Assembly (NCBI GenBank): GCA_031441465.1
Contig: JANOEP010000046.1
Location: 1-64,000, forward strand
Length of the DNA stretch: 64,000 bases
Direction of reading: 5' to 3'
Source: a bacterium
GTDB lineage: Bacteria; Krumholzibacteriota; Krumholzibacteriia; LZORAL124-64-63
In this document: piece after piece, positions 18,836-25,650 of the stretch
Layout: every line of letters starts with the position of its first letter
Numbering within the stretch: position 1 is the first letter of the stretch
Translations under genes and position numbers: made by a program
The notes under the pieces: generated by a model
Told to the model about the DNA's origin: nothing
What the model saw: the letters and a program-made list of their open reading frames with translations, nothing else
The model's database searches: none

Positions 18836-19654
18836 TTAGGCGGTGCGGCTCAGTTGGTTCACGGCTTTGTCCAGCGTGCGGTCGGCTTCCTGAAGAACCT
18901 TGGCGTCCATCTCGAAGGCGCGCTGGGCGGCAATCATCGCCACCATGGTGTCGATGGGATTGGCGTTGCTCTCCTCGAGCATGCCCTGCGCCAGGCGCAC
19001 CTTGTCGGCGGGCAACGGCTTCGCCGTCACGCCCGCCGGCGCCGCGAGCAGGGAGCCGCCCACGTGGTGCAGCAGGCCGGGGTCGTCGAAGGCGACCACG
19101 GCGAGGCGGCCGACTTCCACGCCGCCCGCCCGCACGCCGCCGTCGGCACTGATGGATAGTTCACCTTCGGGGATCTCCAGGGGCCCGCCGTCGCCCTGCA
19201 CCAGCGCGCCGTCGGGCAGCGACAGCCGCCGCTGCGCGTCGAGCATGAACGCGCCGTTGCGCGTGTAGTATTCCTTGCCGTCGCGGGTGACGCGGAACAG
19301 GCCCTCGTCCTGCAGCGCCACGTCGGTGGCGCGCCCCGTCTCGCGCAGGGTGCCCTGGCTCATGTCCACCGGGGCACGCATGTCCAGGACCAGGTCCCGG
19401 ATCGAACGGCTGCGACTCTCGGGCGCGGCCGGCATCGTGCCGTCCACCGCGGCGGTGGCGCCGTCCGGCTCCACCGCACCGCCACCCGATGCGGTGCCGC
19501 CGCCGCCCGCTTCCTGGCGCATCTGCTCCACGACCTGCGTCAGCACCTGCTTGAAGCCGGTCGCGTTCACGTTGGCCAGGTTGTTCGCCAGCACGTTCGT
19601 GCGCGTCAATTGGATGTTCATGGCGGTCTCGGCCGACCGCAGTCCTTTCAGCAC
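18836..19654 (-). CDS. flgF: rod protein FlgF
   Basis: GTG start; ANNLANVNATGFK, YTRNGAF, LEESNANPIDTMVAMIAAQRAFE. Confidence 0.88.
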   Translation of the reverse strand: MLKGLRSAETAMNIQLTRTNVLANNLANVNATGFKQVLTQVVEQMRQEAGGGGTASGGGAVEPDGATAAVDGTMPAAPESRSRSIRDLVLDMRAPVDMSQGTLRETGRATDVALQDEGLFRVTRDGKEYYTRNGAFMLDAQRRLSLPDGALVQGDGGPLEIPEGELSISADGGVRAGGVEVGRLAVVAFDDPGLLHHVGGSLLAAPAGVTAKPLPADKVRLAQGMLEESNANPIDTMVAMIAAQRAFEMDAKVLQEADRTLDKAVNQLSRTA

Positions 19655-19698
19655 GGCTCCTCCTGAGGGCCCGGGGACACGTTGCCTCCGTGACCGAC

Positions 19699-19714
19699 CG
19701 CAAGGGCCGTGCCA
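19699..19714 (-). promoter_or_regulatory. sigma54 promoter of the flgF operon
   Basis: perfect TGGCACGGCCCTTGCG on minus strand 45 bp upstream of flgF. Confidence 0.85.
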
Positions 19715-19862
19715 CGGTTTCCCGGCGCCCGGGGTCGGGAGATCGCGTTTCCGAGGGGGATCGATGGTCGAGGGATGGTCAGGGGCGGTCAGAAGCCGTC
19801 CGGCGTGGAAAGGCGCGATCCCCGGTGGGGACCGCGCCGCGAACATCGGAGCGTCGGCGAGT

Positions 19863-20249
19863 TCAGCCGACGGCCAGCAGCATGTTGATGTGCTGCTGGA
19901 GGTGCCGCAGGCCGGCCTCGTCGATCTGGGTGAAGAAGACCGCGACCTCGTAGGGAGCGGCGTCCGAGCCCACGGATTCCGGCAGCACGCGCACGACGAT
20001 GCCCTCGCAGTGGGCGGTGCCGGTCGCATCGGGACGCAGTGGATCCACGGGCAGGTCCAGGACCATGTTGAGCTTGGTCATCGGCTCGATGTAGTGGTCG
20101 GAACGGAAGTAGACCCCCGAGGAACTGATGTTCAGCGTCTCCATGCGCGCCGGCACGTGGCTGCCGTCGCCCCGCGGGATGCTGACCTCGAGGTTGAGCT
20201 TCGCGTCAACCCGCAGGCCCTTGCGACGGTTCTGCTGCGCGTCTGTCAT
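19863..20249 (-). CDS. single-domain PilZ (c-di-GMP receptor) protein
   Basis: RRKGLR (RxxxR) and NISSSG (D/NxSxxG) motifs. Confidence 0.85.
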   Translation of the reverse strand: MTDAQQNRRKGLRVDAKLNLEVSIPRGDGSHVPARMETLNISSSGVYFRSDHYIEPMTKLNMVLDLPVDPLRPDATGTAHCEGIVVRVLPESVGSDAAPYEVAVFFTQIDEAGLRHLQQHINMLLAVG

Positions 20250-20390
20250 GAGCGCTCTCCTTAGTTCCGGCTTCCTGGGGAAGCGTCCCCGGCCCGCAGC
20301 TGTCAGGGTGCTGCGTGCCGGGCCCGTTGCCAGTTCCGTACCAGAGCGAGGCCAAGCGAAACCGGCACTCCGAAAAGTGCCGGCCGCTGG

Positions 20391-20480
20391 CTACTTTTTC
20401 TTGTGCCGGTTCTTGCGCAGGCGCTTCTTGCGCTTATGGGTCGCAATCTTCTTGCGCTTGCGCTTCCGTCCGTTCGGCAT
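20391..20480 (-). CDS. small basic ribosomal protein bS22 (AURKAIP1/COX24 family), 29 aa
   Basis: MPNGRKRKRKKIATHKRKKRLRKNRHKKK; AAGGCGG RBS; below ORF-track cutoff. Confidence 0.85.
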   Translation of the reverse strand: MPNGRKRKRKKIATHKRKKRLRKNRHKKK

Positions 20481-20590
20481 GCTACCGCCTTTCCGCTACG
20501 AATGACAGCCGACGCTGCCCATGACAACAGGGTCGGACCGCCGCCGTGGCGGACCAGACCGATCCGAGGTCCCAAACCCGAGGGGCAGGG

Positions 20591-20619
20591 AATATAGCAG
20601 AGATTCCGCAGACAATCAA
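20591..20619 (-). promoter_or_regulatory. sigma70 promoter upstream of bS22
   Basis: TTGATT-N17-TATATT with TGn extended -10. Confidence 0.55.
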
Positions 20620-20634
20620 ATGTCAGCGCCAAGA

Positions 20635-20925
20635 TTATTCGTCTCCGGCCCCACCGTTGAGGCGCGACTTCAACTCGTTGGACGCTTTGAAGTAGGGCAC
20701 CTGCTTCGACGGCACGGCCACGGAATCGCCGGTGCGGGGGTTGCGCGCCTGGCGCGGCCGCCGGCTCTTGACCTTGAAGCTGCCGAAGCCCCGCAATTCG
20801 ACCTTGTCGCCACGGGTCAGGGCGCCACCGATGTTCTCGAGGATCAGGTTGACCACGATCCCCGTGTCCTTCTTGCTGACTCCGGTCCTTTGGGCGATCA
20901 GTTCCACCAGTTCGGCCTTGGTCAT
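20635..20925 (-). CDS. integration host factor beta / HU family DNA-binding protein
   Basis: MTKAELVE, VELRGFGSF, ARNPRTG, VPYFKASNELK. Confidence 0.93.
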   Translation of the reverse strand: MTKAELVELIAQRTGVSKKDTGIVVNLILENIGGALTRGDKVELRGFGSFKVKSRRPRQARNPRTGDSVAVPSKQVPYFKASNELKSRLNGGAGDE

Positions 20926-20966
20926 CGTCTCTCCCCTCGCACTCCCGGCTCCCCTGCGGCAACAAC

Positions 20967-20995
20967 TTGAGAATCAAGCCGTTAAGCAATACCAT
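20967..20995 (+). promoter_or_regulatory. sigma70-like promoter overlapped by IHF consensus site
   Basis: TTGAGA-N17-TACCAT; AATCAAGCCGTTA (20972-20984) matches WATCAANNNNTTR. Confidence 0.5.
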
Positions 20996-21065
20996 GGGGG
21001 GCGCGGGGCTGCCAAGGGAATTTCTCGGACGCCGCGCAGAATGTGCCTCGCTCATTCCATGGGGG

Positions 21066-21213
21066 GAAACGGATGCGGTGATGCCCGCTTGGCCGGGGGC
21101 GCTTGCCGGACACATCCTGTGTCCGGCATTGCTCGACTGCTGTTTCCCTGAGCCCTCCTGGCTCAGGGAAACGGCAGACGCCCCGGCCAAGCGGGCATCA
21201 CCGCATCCGTTTC
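21066..21213. repeat. 148-bp Y-shaped palindrome: 33-bp perfect inverted repeat enclosing 11-bp and 18-bp hairpins
   Basis: GAAACGGATGCGGTGATGCCCGCTTGGCCGGGG (21066-21098) is the exact reverse complement of 21181-21213; inner stems 21104-21128 and 21137-21177. Confidence 0.9.
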
Positions 21214-21576
21214 TCGGTAAGAGCCCCAACATGGGGGCATGGACTTTGGAGCGTGGGCTCGAGTGAGGGCGGGCTTGGCTGGTGGGCATACGTGTGTCCC
21301 GCACTTGCCGCGTGCTACCCGGACCCATGATCTACAACAACGGAGAGCGTAGTGGGTCGAGAAGCGATCGCCTGCAGCGCAGGACACTCGTGCCCGCCTA
21401 CCATCAAGAGGGATGCCTGACGATTGCTTATCGTTGCTTGTAGTTTGTAACTTACATTATTAGAATATATAACATTGATATCATCATGTGTAATGCGAAG
21501 AATAGAGAAGTGGCTGGTTCGTGCAATTCGACCGATTCCCCGACAGACTCGGGGCAGGATGCGCCTCGCCTCTCCC

Positions 21577-22956
21577 CTACGCGGTACCCGCGGACAGGGA
21601 CCGGAACAGGGCGTCATGCGCCGGAGTGAAGCGGCAACCGCGGCGTTGCATGACGATGGTGGCCACTTCGATCGCCCGTTCGACCTCGAACAGGCGGCGG
21701 CCGCGGCCGTCGCCCCAGGTGAAGTTCGCCAGGCAGGTGCGGGGGAAGCCGGCGCCGAAGACATTGCTGGCGAAACCGACCGTGGTGCCCGTGTTGAACG
21801 TCGTCCCGATCGCGCTCTTGGCGTGCTCGGCCATCATGAGGCCCACGAAGCGAGAGCCAGTCGCCACCGGTCCCAGCCCGTAGTTCACCTGGATCTCCCC
21901 GTAGTTGTTCTTCAAGTCGCTGCAGGTCGTGTCGGCGCCCAGATTGACCCAGCCGGCGATGACGGCGTGGCCGAGGAAGCCGGCGTGTTGCTTGTTCGAC
22001 AGGGCCAGGATCTGGGTTTCGGCGATCTCGCCGGCCACCCGGCAGGCGGCCCCGATGGCGGTTTCCCCATAGAGCGCGGCCCCCGCCTTGACGCGTGCGC
22101 CGGCGCCCAGGTACAGCGGCCCTTCGAGGTAGCAATGCGGCAGGACCGTGACGCCGCGGTCCAGGACCACCGGACCGTGCCGGGCGTCGATCACCACGGC
22201 CGGACCCACTTCGACGCCCTCGGCGGCCCAGACCCGCTCCGCCGCGACCAAGGAGACCCCTGGCGTGGCCGTGTAGGGCTGGAATCGGGATCCCACCCGC
22301 CAAACCGGCACCGATGACGAATCCGGCACGACGCCGAACGGCAGCCGCTGGAATTCCCGGCCGGCGGCGACGGTGGCGGCCGTGTCGTCGGCCAAGGCCC
22401 GGGCGAGATCGGGCACGAGGTCCCAGAGGTGCCGCCGGCCGGCATCCGGCCCACCGGTGGCGTCCAAAGGCGGCACCCAGGGATCGGCCGGGCGGGTGGC
22501 GGCCGTCCAGGCGCCGGCAGCGGCCTGAGCCGCTTCCCAGTCCCGCCAATCCGCCAACATGGTCTGAGCCATGGCCGGGTCGACGGAGGCCGCCAGCAGG
22601 CCGTCCTCGTCGCGCTGGGCGAAGGGAGCCGCCCGGTCGAGCATGTCGCGCAGCACCGCCCAATCCGCGCCAAGGCGGGCGTTCAGGAACAGCACCGAAG
22701 CGGACGTCGCCGCGGCGGCGCCCGTCGCCGCCACGCCACAAACCGCCCCCTCCGGCAAGGTGAGCGCCTGCAATGGCTCCAGCAGGGTCCTGGGCAGCAG
22801 GGCAAGCCGGTTTGCCTGGCGGGAACCGCCGCCGATCAGGGAAACCCGCTCACGCAGGTTGAACAGGCCGCAGGATATCTCGTAAACGGGCACGCTCCAA
22901 CCAACCGGCCGAAATCCTTGCAGGGTATGGTCCTCGAACAGGACGATCAGGCGCAT
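21577..22956 (-). CDS. GlmU-like putative sugar nucleotidyltransferase / hexapeptide-repeat acyltransferase
   Basis: PVYEISCGLFNLRER N-terminus; left-handed beta-helix repeats; SNKQHAGFLGHA, WVNLGADTTCSDLKNNYG. Confidence 0.8.
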   Translation of the reverse strand: MRLIVLFEDHTLQGFRPVGWSVPVYEISCGLFNLRERVSLIGGGSRQANRLALLPRTLLEPLQALTLPEGAVCGVAATGAAAATSASVLFLNARLGADWAVLRDMLDRAAPFAQRDEDGLLAASVDPAMAQTMLADWRDWEAAQAAAGAWTAATRPADPWVPPLDATGGPDAGRRHLWDLVPDLARALADDTAATVAAGREFQRLPFGVVPDSSSVPVWRVGSRFQPYTATPGVSLVAAERVWAAEGVEVGPAVVIDARHGPVVLDRGVTVLPHCYLEGPLYLGAGARVKAGAALYGETAIGAACRVAGEIAETQILALSNKQHAGFLGHAVIAGWVNLGADTTCSDLKNNYGEIQVNYGLGPVATGSRFVGLMMAEHAKSAIGTTFNTGTTVGFASNVFGAGFPRTCLANFTWGDGRGRRLFEVERAIEVATIVMQRRGCRFTPAHDALFRSLSAGTA

Positions 22957-23005
22957 CGTGAACTCCCTTTCGCGATCGGCGTCCTGTGAAGCCGGTCGGA
23001 AGCGA

Positions 23006-23320
23006 TTATTCCAGGGTGACGGTCAGGATCCAGGTCCCCCCGCCCGTGGGGAGACCGACCGTGGTCCGGGAGGACACGTCGGCCCTCAGCTCGGCGGCGA
23101 CCGGCATGATCGCCGAAGGCGTGTCCTGCTTCCAGGCGACGTTCAGGCATTGATCTTGCGGCGAGAAGAGCCGGAAGGCCGTCACGGTTCCGCCCACTTC
23201 GCTGCGGACGGTCACTGACGGCAGGACCTCCACCCTGGCGGCGAAAGGGAATTCGCCGGCCATGGCCGCGGTCGCGGCAGACAACAGGAAACAAGGCAGC
23301 AGGATGGGCCAGCGATTCAC
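23006..23320 (-). CDS. small secreted beta-rich protein, divergent from pilins
   Basis: GTG start, signal peptide (WPILLPCFLLSAATAAMA), C-terminal alternating strand WILTVTLE. Confidence 0.5.
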   Translation of the reverse strand: MNRWPILLPCFLLSAATAAMAGEFPFAARVEVLPSVTVRSEVGGTVTAFRLFSPQDQCLNVAWKQDTPSAIMPVAAELRADVSSRTTVGLPTGGGTWILTVTLE

Positions 23321-23423
23321 GAACGGGGCTCCCGGCGCGAGTGGGGTGTTCCCGGTGCGCGGCCCGTCGCCGCTTGCGATCCAGTCTGTCCCAAGCCGCG
23401 GTGAAATGCACTCGAAAAATCTG

Positions 23424-23450
23424 TCAAGCGGCGTCCGGCACGGCCGATGA
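23424..23450 (+). promoter_or_regulatory. sigma28-type promoter of major pilin
   Basis: TCAAG-N14-GCCGATGA about 90 bp upstream of ATG 23542. Confidence 0.7.
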
Positions 23451-23541
23451 CCATCAACGCGAGGCATCCGGAGTACGGCAGCAACCAACGTCGCAACAGT
23501 TTTCCGGGTACGGAGACCACACGTTTCAAGGAGAAGAAACC

Positions 23542-24039
23542 ATGCGGAAACTGACCTTCCTGTCCCTGGCGGCGCTGGTCGTCGCGTTCCCCGTCGGTCA
23601 GGCCCTCGCCCTGGATTCGCCCCAGGACGCGAAGGTCGACGTGTTCATCGCGCTGTCCGTCGTCGAGACGGTCGAGATGGACTTCGGCGCCGTCATCGAC
23701 GCCGACGGCACGATCACCCTGAACACCAACGACGTGATCGCCGCCGACCCGGCCGGCATCCACCAGGGCGGCACCGTGGCCAGCGGCGTCTACACGGTCA
23801 CCGGCCAGCCCAGCCAGGCCATCGACCTGGCGATCACCCCGGCCAACGCGAACGGCCTGTTGCTGGCGAACTTCACGACCGACGTGGGCGGCGGCACCTT
23901 CCCGCTGACGGGTGTCCTGATCAACGGCATCGGCAACCTGGCCGTGGGCCTCGGCGCCGACCTGACCGTCCAGAGCGGCGTGGCTGCCCCGGGCGCCAAC
24001 CAGCCGCTGAACTTCACGATCACGGTCACTTACAACTGA
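23542..24039 (+). CDS. major pilin-like subunit (DUF4402-like)
   Basis: AAGGAG RBS; signal peptide MRKLTFLSLAALVVAFPVGQALA; MDFGAV motif; C-terminal FTITVTYN strand with penultimate Tyr. Confidence 0.75.
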   Translation: MRKLTFLSLAALVVAFPVGQALALDSPQDAKVDVFIALSVVETVEMDFGAVIDADGTITLNTNDVIAADPAGIHQGGTVASGVYTVTGQPSQAIDLAITPANANGLLLANFTTDVGGGTFPLTGVLINGIGNLAVGLGADLTVQSGVAAPGANQPLNFTITVTYN

Positions 24040-24057
24040 CCGATCCCGATCGTCGTC

Positions 24058-24085
24058 AAGGGGAGGCTCACGGGCTTCCCCTTTC
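24058..24085 (+). terminator. intrinsic terminator after major pilin
   Basis: AAGGGGAGGCTC/GGGCTTCCCCTT stem followed by T-tract. Confidence 0.65.
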
Positions 24086-24100
24086 GCTTGCCCGGCGGGG

Positions 24101-24116
24101 TGGCACGCCCCTTGCG
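24101..24116 (+). promoter_or_regulatory. sigma54 promoter of second pilin
   Basis: perfect TGGCACGCCCCTTGCG 43 bp upstream of ATG 24159. Confidence 0.85.
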
Positions 24117-24158
24117 GTTCGGATCACGGTTTCCGGACTTCGGCAAAGGGCTATTCGT

Positions 24159-24644
24159 ATGCTTTGGCTGGTTTCGCAAGAACTTGGTCGACCACCCGGG
24201 CGCGGGTTCCTGCTGCCGGTCCTGGTGGTGATAGCGCTCGCCGCGCCGGCCGGCGGCGCCGAACTGGACATCGTCGAGACCGTCCAGATGGACTTCGGCG
24301 CGGTCCTGGACCAGAACGGGGCGCTGACCCTGGGCATCAACGACAACCTCGTCGCGGACCCCTCCGGCATCCAGGCCGGGGGCGTGATGCTGAGCGGCCG
24401 GTTCCTGATCACCGGAGACCCGTTTGCAGCATTCAGCCTCGACATCAACGGTTCCAGCCTCGACGGTCTGAGCCTCGACAATTTCAACACCAGCTCCGGG
24501 CACCCGCCGGTCCTGAACGCCGTCCTGAACGGCCTCGGGCAGCTCACGGTGCGCTTCGGCGCCGTCCTGACAGTCCAGTCGTCGCGAGCTGAACCCGGCC
24601 TCGACCACTTCCTCGCCTACACGGTCTCCGTCAACTACAACTGA
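24159..24644 (+). CDS. minor pilin-like subunit, paralog of 23542-24039
   Basis: IVETVQMDFGAVLDQNGALTL..VADPSGIQAGG aligns with VVETVEMDFGAVIDADGTITL..AADPAGIHQGG; ends YTVSVNYN. Confidence 0.75.
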   Translation: MLWLVSQELGRPPGRGFLLPVLVVIALAAPAGGAELDIVETVQMDFGAVLDQNGALTLGINDNLVADPSGIQAGGVMLSGRFLITGDPFAAFSLDINGSSLDGLSLDNFNTSSGHPPVLNAVLNGLGQLTVRFGAVLTVQSSRAEPGLDHFLAYTVSVNYN

Positions 24645-24676
24645 TCTCCCCACACGCCCCACCGCCCTCATGATCA

Positions 24677-24692
24677 TGGCACACCCATTGCG
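24677..24692 (+). promoter_or_regulatory. sigma54 promoter of chaperone-usher genes
   Basis: TGGCACACCCATTGCG (GG-N10-GC) 80 bp upstream of ATG 24772. Confidence 0.8.
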
Positions 24693-24771
24693 TTGCTCCC
24701 CTCGCGCGGGTCGCGCACGGCCTTCGGGCCGGGATGCCGGCCCCTGGAATTGATCGTCGGGAGGATGACTT

Positions 24772-25650
24772 ATGGTTTGGTCGCGATGGCGTCGTGCCGT
24801 GATGGCGGCATCCTGGATGTGTTTCGTCCTGGGTGGAATCGTTTTGGACAGCGCCGCCGGCGGCCTGTCGATCGCACCGACTCGGCTCATGTTCGACGGG
24901 CATTCGCGCGTGGCGACCGTCTACCTGAGCAACAAGGGCGACCAGCCCGCGACCTACCGCATCCTGCTCAAGGATAAAAGGATGCTGGAGTCGGGTCAGA
25001 TCGTCGACGCCGAGTCGCCGCTCCCCGGCGAACACCCCGCCGCCGACCTGGTCCGCTTCTCCCCTCGCGAGGTCGTCGTGCCGCCGCACGGCAGCCAGAC
25101 CGTCCGGGTCATGCTGCGCAACCCGAGCGAGGGGCCGCTGACGCGCGGCGAAGCGCGCACCCACCTGGTCTTCCAGTCGGTGCCCGCGGTGCCCACGGTC
25201 GAGGAACTGGCCGCCCGGCAGGACCGCCTCGTCGCCCAGGCGATCATCGAAACGAGCATCCCGGTGATCATCCGCCGCGACAACCCGACCGCCGTGATCG
25301 CCCTCGACGCCGCGCAGCTGGACAGCCTGCCGGACCGCGACGGCATGCCGGTGCTGCAGGTCGTCCTGGAGCGCACCGGCGAACGCTCGGTGTACGGCGA
25401 CCTGTCGGTCGATCTGGAAGCCGACGGCAAGACGACCCGCGTGGGCCTGATGGTGGGGCTCGCCGTCTACACGCCGACGCCGCGCCGCGTGATCCGCCTG
25501 CCGCTGACGCTGGCACAGAAAGACCTGCCCGCGAGCGGGCGGCTGGTCGTGCGCTACGCCGAGACGGAAATCGGGCACGGCGACCTGATGGCCGACACCT
25601 ACCTCGAATTCGTCAAGGAGCCCGACGAGGGGAGCGACGAGGCGCGATGA
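24772..25650 (+). CDS. periplasmic pilus assembly chaperone (PapD-like)
   Basis: signal peptide; LSIAPTRLMF, LSNKG, FSPREVVVPPHGSQTVRV, SIPVIIR, RTGERSVYG. Confidence 0.85.
   Translation: MVWSRWRRAVMAASWMCFVLGGIVLDSAAGGLSIAPTRLMFDGHSRVATVYLSNKGDQPATYRILLKDKRMLESGQIVDAESPLPGEHPAADLVRFSPREVVVPPHGSQTVRVMLRNPSEGPLTRGEARTHLVFQSVPAVPTVEELAARQDRLVAQAIIETSIPVIIRRDNPTAVIALDAAQLDSLPDRDGMPVLQVVLERTGERSVYGDLSVDLEADGKTTRVGLMVGLAVYTPTPRRVIRLPLTLAQKDLPASGRLVVRYAETEIGHGDLMADTYLEFVKEPDEGSDEAR

Noticed and set aside
21066..21213. Retron msr-msd or CRISPR interpretation of the palindrome
   Set aside because: No reverse transcriptase or cas genes in the window and no direct repeat-spacer structure
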